From Phycisphaerales bacterium (GTDB lineage: Bacteria > Planctomycetota > Phycisphaerae > UBA1845), in assembly GCA_030631415.1 (NCBI GenBank), contig DAOVLE010000001.1:1-62430 (forward strand): a DNA stretch of 62,430 bases, given 5' to 3'. Below the pieces are notes generated by a model. That model made no database searches and was not told the origin of the DNA. It saw nothing but the letters and a program-made list of their open reading frames with translations. Numbering within the stretch: the stretch's first letter is position 1; each line of letters begins with the position of its first letter. Both the position numbers and the translations under genes were made by a program. This document shows positions 10,665-20,137 of this stretch, piece after piece.

Positions 10665-11767
10665 GCCCGCTTCCCCTGGCGTTTCTTCCGCTTCGACCGC
10701 GGTTTCGGCGGTGCTTTCGACTTGGGCTTCGATTTCATCTTCTTCGGCGGCGGCAGGCTCTCCAGCCGTTTCGCTTCCTGCTCAAATTCGTCATCGGCGG
10801 CGCTGGCTTCTTCCGCCAGGCGCTGCTCGTTGAACCGCGCGTACTGCTCCAGCGCCTTACGCTTCGCGCCCTCCATCGAGACGTGCCCGGCATGCGCAAG
10901 GACGGCCCGGTCGTTGAACTTCAGGAAACCGTCCAGCTTGTCCCGCCAGTCGCGCATGTAGAGCGGCTGGCGGCGCTCGGCCTGCTCTTCTGCGTAGTCG
11001 AGGTACATCGTGACCGTCCGGTTCAATTGCCGTAGCTCGTCCTCGTTAAGGTAGTTCTTGGCAACCGTCACGTCCGCCGTGCGCACCTTCGCGCCCTTCC
11101 AGGTCGTCAGCCCCATATTCGGTTTGGATGCGCCGGCGCGCAGCGCGATCAACTCGGCGGTGGTGTGCCCGGTGATCGCCCAGTGCAGCTTATTCTGTAC
11201 AATCTGGAAGAACTCCTGTGTTTGGGGCGCCTTCGGGTCGTAGTCGATCGCCAGGGCGTAGATGTCGCGGATTTTCTGGTAGAAGCGCTTCTCGGAAGCG
11301 CGAATGTCGCGGATGCGCTCGAGGAGTTCATCGAAGTAGTCGGCCCCGAGCGACCGGCCCTCCTTGAGCCGCTGGTCGTCGAGCGCGAAACCCTTCACGA
11401 GATACCCGTGCAGCGTCTGGGTGGCCCAGCGCCGAAACTGTGTGCCGCGGTGCGAGCGGACGCGGTAGCCGACGGCTAGGATCATCTCGAGGTTGTAGTG
11501 CGTGACGCGGTAGTTCTTTCCATCAGCGGCAGTTGTTAAGTATTCCTTAACAACTGCCGCTGATTCTAACTCGCCTTCTTGAAAGATGTTACGAACATGC
11601 ATGCTGATGTTCGGGACGGACGTCTGGAACAGTTCTGCCAGCAGCGCTTGGCTGAGCCAGACCGTCTGCCCGTCCAGCCGAACATCGATCCGCGTGCGGC
11701 CATCTTCAGATTGGTAGACGATGATGTTTGAGCCGCTGGGTGACGGGAGGTTTGGCGAACCGTTCAT
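10661..11767 (-). CDS. rhuM: RhuM-family (virulence/Fic-associated) protein embedded in the R-M operon
   Basis: Carries the conserved RhuM blocks IIVYQSEDGRTRIDVRLDGQTVWLSQALLAELFQTS and VGYRVRSHRGTQFRRWAT. It has 4-nt overlaps with both hsdM and hsdS. Confidence 0.8.
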   Translation of the reverse strand: MNGSPNLPSPSGSNIIVYQSEDGRTRIDVRLDGQTVWLSQALLAELFQTSVPNISMHVRNIFQEGELESAAVVKEYLTTAADGKNYRVTHYNLEMILAVGYRVRSHRGTQFRRWATQTLHGYLVKGFALDDQRLKEGRSLGADYFDELLERIRDIRASEKRFYQKIRDIYALAIDYDPKAPQTQEFFQIVQNKLHWAITGHTTAELIALRAGASKPNMGLTTWKGAKVRTADVTVAKNYLNEDELRQLNRTVTMYLDYAEEQAERRQPLYMRDWRDKLDGFLKFNDRAVLAHAGHVSMEGAKRKALEQYARFNEQRLAEEASAADDEFEQEAKRLESLPPPKKMKSKPKSKAPPKPRSKRKKRQGKRA

Positions 11768-13833
11768 CGCTTGTCTCCGTCAGCCACGATCTGCTGGAGC
11801 AGTCCGTCGCGCTCGGCCTCCAGCGCGAGGATGTCTTCGCGGATCTCCTCCAGCGACCGCAGCGGCTCCGGCTTGTAGAAGTGCCGGGTGAACGACACCT
11901 CGTAGCCGATCTGCGTCTTGTCGGCGTCGATCCAGGCGTCCGACACGTGGGGCAGTACTTCCCGCTCGAAGAACGCTTCGATGCCACCGTCTTCCAGGAG
12001 CGGCACCTGCTCGGTGTCGCGCAGGTCGGTGTCGGGCTCGTACTCGAAGCCGTCCTTGGTCTTCTTCCTGATCACCGACTCGGCATCTTCGTCCTTGAAG
12101 GCGAAGGTGGCGTAGATGGCCTTGAGATCCGAGGCGCGGAGCTTGAGGTCGATCTTCTTCAACGCCGACGCGAAACGCCTCTGGACGACGTTGAAGTCCA
12201 TGTGCGGCGCGGCCCCGCCCGCGATCCCCGCGAGCAGGTCGGCCACTTTGTGCAGCTTCGCCGGCGCATCGTTCTTGAATGCGACGAGTTTGGCGGGCGT
12301 GACGTGGATCGCCAGGCGTAGCGGGCGCTCGACGGTAATCTTCCAGTAGCCAAAGGCAGCATTGGGAAATATCTTTGACTGTTCGGTTTCTTCAAAGGCG
12401 AGAAACATGTCCGTGATCTGCCTTATCTGCTCGGCAGAGAACTCACAGTTCTTCTTGCCGAGGTTCTTGCGCAGCGGCTGGAAGATATCGGTGGCATCGA
12501 TGAGCTGGACTTTGCCCTTGCGGCGCTCGGGCTTGCGGTTGGTGACCACCCAGATGTAGGTGGCGATGCCGGTGTTGTAGAACATGTTCATCGGCAGCGC
12601 GATGATGGCTTCGAGCCAGTCGTTCTCGATGATCCAGCGGCGGATGTTGGATTCGCCCTGGCCGGCATCGCCGGTGAAGAGGGACGAGCCGTTATGGACC
12701 TCGGCGATCCGGCTGCCGAGGGGTGCCTTGGGGTCACTGATCATCTTGGTCAGCTTGTTCACGAGGAACATGAGCTGGCCGTCGCTGGAGCGGGTGATGA
12801 GCGACAGCTCTTCGCCTTCGTGCTGGACGGTGAAGCGAGCATCGGAGAGGTCTTTCTTGCCGCCCATGCGTTCGAGGTCTGTCTTCCAACTCTTGCCGTA
12901 GGGCGGATTGGAGAGCATGAAGTCGAACTCCATTGACGGAAAGGCGTCGGAAGAAAGCGTGGAGCCGTACTTCATGTTCTCGGCGGCTTCGCCTTCGCCT
13001 TTTATGAGCAGGTCGGCCTTGCTGATGGCGTAGGTTTCGGGTTGGACCTCCTGGCCGAACAGGTGGATCGACACTTCCTTGCCGTGATCGTGGGCGAGCT
13101 GGTTGAGTGTCTCCTCAGCTACCGTGAGCATGCCGCCGGTGCCGCACGCACCGTCGTAGACGCGGTATGTGGCGTCGCGGATTTCGTCGGCGACGGGATA
13201 GAAGATGAGGTTGGCCATGAGTCGGACGACGTCGCGTGGCGTGAAGTGCTCGCCGGCCTCCTCGTTGTTCTCCTCGTTGAAGCGGCGGATCAACTCCTCG
13301 AAGATGGTGCCCATGGCGTGGTTGTCCAAACCGGGCAGGCGGACCTTGCCGTTTTGATCGAAGACAGGGTTGGGGCTGAGGTTGATGTCGTTGGAGGTGA
13401 ACTTTTCGATGAGGCTGCCCAGGATGTCCGCTTCAACCAACGTGGGTATTTGGTTGCGGAACTTGAACTTATCGAGGATCTCCTGGACGTTTGGCGAGAA
13501 GCCGTCGAGGAAGGCCTCGAAGTCGGCCTTGAGCTGCTGCTGCTTGGCGCGGGCGCGTAGATCGCGGAGCGTGAACGGCGAGATATTGAAAAAGGCGTTG
13601 CCGCAAGCCTGGCAAAGGGCGGCGTCCTTGTTGGCGACGCCCGCATCGTCGAGCTGTTTGCTGAGCTTGAGAACGGCTTCCTTCGTCGGTTCCAGCACAG
13701 CGTCGAGGCGCCGGATGACGACCATGGGAAGGATGGCGTCGCGATACTTGCCCCGGACGTACACGTCGCGGAGCACGTCGTCGGCGATGTTCCAGATGAA
13801 GCCGGCGATCCAGTTGAGTTGAGTTTGATCCAT
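11764..13833 (-). CDS. hsdM: type I R-M N6-adenine DNA methyltransferase, M subunit
   Basis: 689 aa with an HsdM N-terminal domain MDQTQLNWIAGFIWNIADDVLRD, AdoMet motif I VYDGACGTGGML and catalytic motif IV LSNPPYGKSW. Confidence 0.92.
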   Translation of the reverse strand: MDQTQLNWIAGFIWNIADDVLRDVYVRGKYRDAILPMVVIRRLDAVLEPTKEAVLKLSKQLDDAGVANKDAALCQACGNAFFNISPFTLRDLRARAKQQQLKADFEAFLDGFSPNVQEILDKFKFRNQIPTLVEADILGSLIEKFTSNDINLSPNPVFDQNGKVRLPGLDNHAMGTIFEELIRRFNEENNEEAGEHFTPRDVVRLMANLIFYPVADEIRDATYRVYDGACGTGGMLTVAEETLNQLAHDHGKEVSIHLFGQEVQPETYAISKADLLIKGEGEAAENMKYGSTLSSDAFPSMEFDFMLSNPPYGKSWKTDLERMGGKKDLSDARFTVQHEGEELSLITRSSDGQLMFLVNKLTKMISDPKAPLGSRIAEVHNGSSLFTGDAGQGESNIRRWIIENDWLEAIIALPMNMFYNTGIATYIWVVTNRKPERRKGKVQLIDATDIFQPLRKNLGKKNCEFSAEQIRQITDMFLAFEETEQSKIFPNAAFGYWKITVERPLRLAIHVTPAKLVAFKNDAPAKLHKVADLLAGIAGGAAPHMDFNVVQRRFASALKKIDLKLRASDLKAIYATFAFKDEDAESVIRKKTKDGFEYEPDTDLRDTEQVPLLEDGGIEAFFEREVLPHVSDAWIDADKTQIGYEVSFTRHFYKPEPLRSLEEIREDILALEAERDGLLQQIVADGDKR

Positions 13834-13865
13834 CTAATCCGCTCGGTTCCTTGCTACTGAAAGAC

Positions 13866-14570
13866 CTATGAGGATGACGCGTCGATCTCGATGACCGGAC
13901 GGATCCGGTCATGAACTTCCGTGTAGATGTCAATCGGGTCCGCCACCTCCAGCGTAACCGCAAGTGCGTAGGGCACCGGCTCCGTCAGATGACCCGCATA
14001 CGCCTTGCAACTGACCGTGATTGGCATCGTATCACCGTCGGAGAATGCCGTCGCTCTCTCACCCTCAAGAATACGGTGTTGAACCGTTCCCCGAGACGTT
14101 GCGTCGGTGTCGAGGCTCGCGCGTGCGACGGCGAGGATGTCCTCGGGTAGACGGTACCAGAGGTACGCTTGCCGATAGTCCTTGTGTCTCGGGTTGACGG
14201 GCGTGAGCCAGGCCAGGGTCGCAACCAAGCGCCGCAACCCTGGTCGTCCACTCAAAGACGGGGGCAGGGGCAGTTCGTACACGTGGGCAGCACACCAAGC
14301 GTCCCATAGCGAGACCAGTTGCTGCATGGCCTGCTGATTGCTCATTACCGCATAGAGCCGGCAAGGTAGCTTCTTGTCAGGACTAGCTTCGTCTCCGAAG
14401 CCGAAATCCGGATCAACATCATCGAGGTCCAACTCGGCGAGCCATTCAAGGCCTGGGACTTGCTGAGCAGCCCGTGTGAGTCGCCCGCCTCCTCCGCCTC
14501 GTCTCGGAGGCGGGGAAGTGCTGGGCTCAGGAAAAATGAGTAACGGTCTTCGCTGATCGCCGTCGGGCAT
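13866..14570 (-). pseudogene. IetS-like S8 peptidase remnant lacking the catalytic core
   Basis: At 234 aa it is far shorter than the ~700-aa subtilases that partner with this kind of ATPase. The N-terminus (RPLLIFPEP..RRGGGGGRL..) and C-terminus (TLAWLTPVNPRHKDYRQAYLWYRL) resemble the ends of such peptidases. I found no Asp/His/Ser subtilase motifs in between. Confidence 0.45.
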
Positions 14571-14582
14571 ACCACAAGCCCC

Positions 14583-15560
14583 CTACGTGCGGGAATTCGG
14601 CTGGAATCGATCGTGCCACTGCTTCAATCGATGCTGTACGATTTTCCTAGTATCCGCGTCAGGAAGAGCCAGGACGTATGCGCGGCTCACATCAGCCACG
14701 AAGTCTTCAAGTTCCGCGAAACTGACCCCGTGCAAACGGTCGGCGAGGGTACGGGGGCTCAGACCGAGCGTGAAGTCTAGGCTCTTCTCAGCGCAGGCGA
14801 AGTAACGTTCGGCCTGCGCACGTGTTGGTGGCGGAAGCTCCAGCCTTAGCTGGAACCGTCGCCAGACCGCACGGTCAAGTAGTTCTGGGTGATTTGTGGC
14901 CGTGATCACCAGTACATACGCAGGCAACGCATCGATCTGGAGCAACAGCGAGCTGACTACTCGCTTGATCTCACCAGTCTCGTGCAAATCACCTCGCTCT
15001 TTGCCTACGGTGTCGAATTCATCAAAAAACAGAACACACGCTCTTGTGCGAACATGGTCGAACAAGCGCCTGAGTCGCGACGCAGTCTCGCCAAGGTAGC
15101 TCGCGATCAGACCGTCGTATCGGGCCACGATGAACGGGACCATGAGTTCGTTCGCTAGGGCTTCGGCAAGGGATGTTTTGCCGTTCCCCGGAGCCCCAGC
15201 CAGAAGAACTCGGTTGCGCGGCTCCAAGTTGTAGGTTCGCAGAAGGTCGGTCCGATGGTGCTCTTGGGTAAGCTCGCGACAGGAGGTGAGCACCGATTCC
15301 GGTAGCACCAGGTCATCAAACGTGCGCTGCGGAACCATCTCGAAGAACAGGTCGTGGATCTGACCGACCTTCTCGTGGTTTGCCTCAGGTGCTGTTCGAC
15401 GACGACTTCCGTTGAGCTGTTCAGCCAATCGAGCGGCAAGGACTCCGTGCTTCTTGGCGTGCTCCTCGGCTATCATCGCTTCCACGGTCTTGCGAAACAG
15501 AACCTGGTCCCCTGCTGTACCAGCCTTCACGAGCGATATGAGTAGATCAGACCTTGCCAT
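14583..15560 (-). CDS. AAA+ ATPase, IetA-like
   Basis: I chose the internal start MARSDLLISLVKAG, which removes the overlap with the integrase gene. Walker A is LLAGAPGNGKTSLAEAL and Walker B is VLFFDEFD. An AAA lid follows. It lies directly upstream of the peptidase remnant. Confidence 0.7.
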   Translation of the reverse strand: MARSDLLISLVKAGTAGDQVLFRKTVEAMIAEEHAKKHGVLAARLAEQLNGSRRRTAPEANHEKVGQIHDLFFEMVPQRTFDDLVLPESVLTSCRELTQEHHRTDLLRTYNLEPRNRVLLAGAPGNGKTSLAEALANELMVPFIVARYDGLIASYLGETASRLRRLFDHVRTRACVLFFDEFDTVGKERGDLHETGEIKRVVSSLLLQIDALPAYVLVITATNHPELLDRAVWRRFQLRLELPPPTRAQAERYFACAEKSLDFTLGLSPRTLADRLHGVSFAELEDFVADVSRAYVLALPDADTRKIVQHRLKQWHDRFQPNSRT

Positions 15561-15603
15561 GTTATCCTGCCATCCGCACCTCTCGGTGCCGGTTAGTCGT
15601 CCT

Positions 15604-16575
15604 TCAGAACAGGTCGTCCAACGCGGCCTCCTTCTGCTCACTCGACGGCTGCACGTATCGCCAAATATACCGCTCCGAGCTTTGCCCTGAAAGCTCCATC
15701 GCGTATTGCACGCCGTGCTTCTCGGCGGCCCTGCGGAGACAGGTATGCCGAAGCACGTGGGCGTGCAGCTTGATATTCTGGTCGTCTGGGAAGCGGGCGT
15801 TCGCCTGACTGGCTATGGCCTTCAGTGCCGAATCGACGTTCTGCCGGGCCAGTCGCTTGCCCGACCGCGAGAGAAAGAGGGATCCTGGTTGCCGGCCGCG
15901 CACCTCGTCGATGTAGCGGTCGAGGGCCTCGCGGGCTTCGGCAGCTACGAAGATCTCGCGCGTGACCTTGCGGCCCTTTCGCTTGACGTTGACGAAGTGC
16001 TTACCCTGGTACTGGTCCAGATCGAGCCGCAGGAGTTCGGAAATCCTCAATCCGGTCCGGAGCAACACGTGAAAAATGGCGAAATCCCGGATCGGATGCT
16101 GGTTGCGGCGGCGCTTCACGTGGATGAGCTGCTCGGCAGCCGCCTTGAGGCGGGTCACCTCGATGTCGGCTAGGCCCTTCCACTCAGGGTCGTCGACGGC
16201 GATGTCCGCGATTCGTTCCGTGGGATTGCCCGCCAGGAAGGGGCGTTTGCGGTGCACCCACGACGCGCAATGCCGCAGGGTCGCCAGGATTCGGTTGATG
16301 GAGGTCGGGCTCCGCTTTTCCTTCAGCAGGGCCTTGACGAAGTCAGCGGTGATCGAGCGGGTCCACAGGTCCGCGTGATCGGAGCCGATGGCCAAGGCGA
16401 AGAACCCCAGGAACGCCTTCAGGTCCCGGGTCTTCGCGGCGATCGTGTTGTCGGCGTTCGCCCCGGCTTCCAGCCCCATGTACAGGTTGAACCACGCCAC
16501 CAAGTTGTCGCCTTTGCAGGCGGGCGGTGTCTCAACCGAGACGGGTTTTCCAAGTAGAAGTGCTGTTCCGGCCAT
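15604..16575 (-). CDS. tyrosine site-specific recombinase/integrase
   Basis: Box I is LRTGLRISELLRL, H-x-x-R is HAHVLRHTCLRRA, and the catalytic Tyr context is SSERYIWRY. Confidence 0.85.
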   Translation of the reverse strand: MAGTALLLGKPVSVETPPACKGDNLVAWFNLYMGLEAGANADNTIAAKTRDLKAFLGFFALAIGSDHADLWTRSITADFVKALLKEKRSPTSINRILATLRHCASWVHRKRPFLAGNPTERIADIAVDDPEWKGLADIEVTRLKAAAEQLIHVKRRRNQHPIRDFAIFHVLLRTGLRISELLRLDLDQYQGKHFVNVKRKGRKVTREIFVAAEAREALDRYIDEVRGRQPGSLFLSRSGKRLARQNVDSALKAIASQANARFPDDQNIKLHAHVLRHTCLRRAAEKHGVQYAMELSGQSSERYIWRYVQPSSEQKEAALDDLF

Positions 16576-16596
16576 GCGTGAAGGCTAGCACGAAAT

Positions 16597-16678
16597 CTTA
16601 TGTCACGCAATCGGTAGCGTTTTGACAGGGCCAGGGGGCCGTTCCCAGCCGGATTGGGGCCGCTTTGCGTGACATAAG
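16597..16678. promoter_or_regulatory. perfect 14-bp inverted repeat between integrase and DUF932 genes (candidate operator/recombinase site)
   Basis: CTTATGTCACGCAA at 16597-16610 and TTGCGTGACATAAG at 16665-16678, 54 bp apart, in the divergent intergenic region. The ACATAAG core recurs at 19357 and 19376. Confidence 0.4.
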
Positions 16679-16947
16679 GTACATTATGACACGGAGATAT
16701 GGCTGTAAACCCCCAACCGCAGACCTGCGACTACGGGGGCTGCCTCCCGCCCCGACCATCTACCTATGCAACGTCGCCGCCGCTCCCCGCCATAACCCTC
16801 CTGAGTGATTCGTCACCGACATGCTGAATACGGGTAGACGATCGAAGCCAACTCTCGGTCGTGCGTCCACGAGCGGGCGTACGGCCGGGAGTCTGGTGGT
16901 GCGAACACGGTTGATTGAATGCTCTTACGCAAGAAAGGAAATAACTC

Positions 16948-18054
16948 ATGCAGAATCTGACACGTGCACACGACGAGCTCTTCCGCCGAGGGCCGGACGA
17001 ACGGTTCAAGACGTTCGACGACCTCTGGCGGTGTTGCCGTGATGTCAAGGAAGGATCAACAGACCGCTGGCACCCGCCGGCAGGAATCGGAGTCGAACCG
17101 CATGGCGGCCGGCTCCGGCTGACGCTGGCGGACGAAGGCATATTCCAGTTGAACGACTGGAGCTTCTCGCAGTTGTGCTCACTTGCCGGCGCCAGCAAGG
17201 AAACGGTGAACAAGCTCACGCCTGACACCGCCAGTCTCGTCTTCACCGAGATGATGCCACGTGGGTCCAAACCGCTGCAAGTGTTTACCCGCTCCAACGG
17301 GTCGGGCGACATGGTTCGTTCGATCCACGGCGCGAGCTACACGAGGTTGTTCGACGTGGACCTGCTTTCCATGGTTCGCGAGTTCGCGACTGATTTCCAG
17401 CCGCCGCAGGAGGCGGCGCCGTTTGAAGGCGACGCCGAGGCGCCCGCCGAGAGCGCATCGGACACACCATCCGATCGCTCTTCCGGCGGCGGTGGCACCG
17501 GCCTGTACCGCGGGGAGCAGGACATGTTCTGCTTCCTGATCGACCCGGTCGGATGGGCGGAAATCAACGGCGAGGCTTTCGCGCCTGGGTTCTTCCTCTG
17601 GAACTCCGAGGTTGGAAAGCGTTCCGTGGGCGTTCAGACGTTCTGGTTCCAGGCAGTATGCCAGAACCATATCGTCTGGGACGCCGTGGAAGTCGGCGAG
17701 TTCAGCCGCAAGCACACGGCCAATGTCCACGAGGCGTTCGACGAGATCCGGCGGATCATCGAACGGCTGGCCGCCAGGCGCGACAAGCGCCGGGACGGAT
17801 TTGTTCGCGTGATCAAGAAGGCCATGGAGACCAGGGTTGGCAAGAGCGCGGACGAAATCGTCAAGATGCTCAGCCAGAAGGGCATAACACGTTCCCTGGC
17901 CAAGCAGGCGCTTGAACTCGCGAAGCGAGACGGCGTATTCACCATCTTCTCGCTGGTCGACGCTCTGACGCGAATCTCCGGTCAGTGCAAGTACGCCGGC
18001 GACCGCGCGGACGTGGATGCCAAGGCATCCTCGCTGCTTGCTCTCGCGGTCTGA
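16948..18054 (+). CDS. DUF932-domain protein typical of conjugative/integrative elements
   Basis: 368 aa. The block FFLWNSEVGKRSVGVQTFWFQAVCQNHIVW matches the NS..G......R.VC.N core I associate with DUF932. Confidence 0.75.
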   Translation: MQNLTRAHDELFRRGPDERFKTFDDLWRCCRDVKEGSTDRWHPPAGIGVEPHGGRLRLTLADEGIFQLNDWSFSQLCSLAGASKETVNKLTPDTASLVFTEMMPRGSKPLQVFTRSNGSGDMVRSIHGASYTRLFDVDLLSMVREFATDFQPPQEAAPFEGDAEAPAESASDTPSDRSSGGGGTGLYRGEQDMFCFLIDPVGWAEINGEAFAPGFFLWNSEVGKRSVGVQTFWFQAVCQNHIVWDAVEVGEFSRKHTANVHEAFDEIRRIIERLAARRDKRRDGFVRVIKKAMETRVGKSADEIVKMLSQKGITRSLAKQALELAKRDGVFTIFSLVDALTRISGQCKYAGDRADVDAKASSLLALAV

Positions 18055-18211
18055 CGGTTCCGGCGACGCATGTCGCCGTTCGGTTGTTACGAGGCTCACG
18101 CACCACCGAGCCTCCCTCTTGCATTTGTGTTCGGATGCCGACCGGGTCCAGCCCGCGACGCCAGCTCGAACGCGGTTTGATTAAGAACCGAAAAGTGTGC
18201 TAGGTTCGGGT

Positions 18212-18361
18212 ATGGATGAATTGAAGCTACCAGCAATCTGCTTTCACTGCCGCCGACGATTGTCGCCAGGCTCGCTCTACCACCGTTGGCCACAATACAT
18301 GCTGTGGTTCGTACAGGTAGTCCTGACAAGCATCGTCATCGGCGCGTACTTCGGCCTGTAA
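18212..18361 (+). CDS. possible 49-aa membrane peptide (below the ORF-track cutoff)
   Basis: ATG at 18212 and TAA at 18359-18361. It reads MDELKLPAICFHCRRRLSPGSLYHRWPQYMLWFVQVVLTSIVIGAYFGL, with one hydrophobic helix. No homology support. Confidence 0.25.
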   Translation: MDELKLPAICFHCRRRLSPGSLYHRWPQYMLWFVQVVLTSIVIGAYFGL

Positions 18362-18646
18362 ATGGCTTTGCCCGCCCCCGGCCGCCGGCAATAACGCGCA
18401 CTTTGCCAACCGAGATTAGAAAGGGGCGTTTGCCAAGGCCGGGGAGCGCAGAGCTATTTGTAGTCTGAGGTGGCGAGCAGAGAATCGCGTCGGCCATCGC
18501 CGCAGAGCGGCCGGCATACCCGTGCAGCCCCAGCGACGACAGACGACGCTCGACACGCGAATCACGTCCGTGTCGTGCTCTGCTCCCGCGCTTCAGGCTC
18601 CGTGGTCCGCCGGATCGCTCGTTTCGTCGTTGTTCGCCGGTTTGTC

Positions 18647-19258
18647 TTACGCCGCTTCGGCTTGGGTTCCTGAGTCGTCAACTCGGTCGCGGCTGCACCG
18701 TGTCCGTTCGTCATCACTAACCTCGCTTTCTTTCGTGCCAAGAAGGAACGCCGCTCGCGTGTAGTAGTTCCGTAGCGTGTCTCGCGAGCCAGCCCAGTAG
18801 AGCAGTCCGACCGCGAGAATCCCGCAGTCCAATGGGTCCAGTTCGGTTACGCATCTTCCGGAGGCCGCCAAGCGGGCCGCGGCGAGCCAGAGCATCGCGA
18901 CCAGCATGTTCCCGTAGAACTGGTAGTAGCGGTAATGGTTCTCCACCAGCGCCTCGAAGGCCCCGAGCCGCTCCTGCAGCTTTGAATCGTCCCACGCCGG
19001 CCTGTTGATGCCGGTCCAATGGTGCAGGCTGTCGATGACAGCCCAGCGAATCGTGCTCGCCGTCAGGCCGGCGGCTACCGAGGCGAGGGTGACGTACAGG
19101 AAGCCGCCCACCGTGGCGGAGTTGCCTGCGGTCACCGACGACGCGACGAGCCAGCCCCGCACGGTCGGCGAGAAGTGGCTGACTCCCCACAGGCTGACGA
19201 ACCCCGGCAGAACATAGGCGATGAGGAAGCCGAAGTTCTGGCCGGAGACTTCCCTCAC
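18647..19258 (-). CDS. hypothetical multi-pass membrane protein
   Basis: 203 aa with several hydrophobic segments (FGFLIAYVLPGFVSLWGV, FLYVTLASVAAGL, NMLVAMLWLAAARL). Confidence 0.5.
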   Translation of the reverse strand: MREVSGQNFGFLIAYVLPGFVSLWGVSHFSPTVRGWLVASSVTAGNSATVGGFLYVTLASVAAGLTASTIRWAVIDSLHHWTGINRPAWDDSKLQERLGAFEALVENHYRYYQFYGNMLVAMLWLAAARLAASGRCVTELDPLDCGILAVGLLYWAGSRDTLRNYYTRAAFLLGTKESEVSDDERTRCSRDRVDDSGTQAEAA

Positions 19259-19411
19259 GGCCCCCCTCCTCCGGGGGACCGGCGAGCACCAGATTCTGAC
19301 GAGTGGCCGCCAAAGGGCGCCTCCTCTCTGCTGTGGCGGTGGCCCACCGCCTCTTTACATAAGATCATATGCATATTACATAAGACATCAAGCCCAAAAA
19401 AGAATGTTGGT

Positions 19412-19678
19412 TCAGTCCCTCGGACGCCGGACCGGCGGCGGGCCCGGCAGAATCCAGATCCTGCCCGACTCGCCCGTTTCCGAGTCCTGAAAGTACAGGT
19501 CGACACCTTCCTCCCGGGCCTTGAGTAGATCGTTGTAAACCATTATGGCCTCACGAATTACCTCAGCAACCGACTCCTTGCCCGTGAGTTTCTGGAGCCG
19601 CTTGAGGTCCTTGAGGGACCCGTCCGGGAGCCACAGTGTGAATCGGGTTTTCTCGGCTCCGGCGTGTCGAGGGCTCAT
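19412..19678 (-). CDS. ribbon-helix-helix (CopG-like) DNA-binding protein
   Basis: 88 aa. The N-terminal beta-strand TRFTLWLPDGSLKDLKRL followed by two helices fits an RHH fold. Confidence 0.6.
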   Translation of the reverse strand: MSPRHAGAEKTRFTLWLPDGSLKDLKRLQKLTGKESVAEVIREAIMVYNDLLKAREEGVDLYFQDSETGESGRIWILPGPPPVRRPRD

Positions 19679-19709
19679 TGGTCAGCTCCGCTGGAAGATA
19701 GATGGGTAA

Positions 19710-19738
19710 ATGGTATGCATTTCCGGCACACCGTGCAA
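19710..19738 (-). promoter_or_regulatory. sigma70-like promoter of the RHH gene
   Basis: On the minus strand: TTGCAC (19733-19738), a 17-nt spacer, then TACCAT (19710-19715), about 30 nt upstream of the ATG at 19678, with GGAG as the SD. Confidence 0.4.
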
Positions 19739-19769
19739 CTTGCGTGCAGCGGACAACCGAGAGCACCCT

Positions 19770-20090
19770 TCAGAACGGCTGATCGAGGTAGTCTCGTGGA
19801 TTGGCCGGGTTCAGGCCGTCCGGCATGTTGTTGAGGGCGGGCGTAACCGGCCCGCTGGCAATGAACCAGGTTCCGTCGCCGCGGTCCCCCAAGTCAACGC
19901 GGATGAGCACGGCACCATTAGGCGATCGAAACTCGATTTCTGCATCCCAGCTGAACACCGGCGGCCCGTTTGGCTCTTCTGAGGCAGGCTCCGGCTGCAA
20001 CTCGACGGCCTTGAGGCCAACATGGCCCTCCATTGCCTTGATCAGCTCCTCTTTCGACATCCGCCAGTGCTGCCGCGGTTTGTCTTCCAT
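19770..20090 (-). CDS. hypothetical 106-aa protein
   Basis: The internal start MEDKPRQHW is preceded by AGGAGG with a 6-nt spacer. The longer 218-aa ORF only extends it through the repeat element. Confidence 0.5.
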   Translation of the reverse strand: MEDKPRQHWRMSKEELIKAMEGHVGLKAVELQPEPASEEPNGPPVFSWDAEIEFRSPNGAVLIRVDLGDRGDGTWFIASGPVTPALNNMPDGLNPANPRDYLDQPF

Positions 20091-20137
20091 CGGTGCCTCC
20101 TGCACAGCATTCGGGGTGTTGAGACCTTCTCGCTCGC

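Noticed and set aside
15604-16575. This recombinase as the tRNA-proximal integrase bounding the conjugative element on the left.
   Set aside because: There is no copy of the 44-bp tRNA-Gly repeat, or any tRNA-like sequence, in 13.8-17.0 kb. The left boundary of the element cannot be set from this window.
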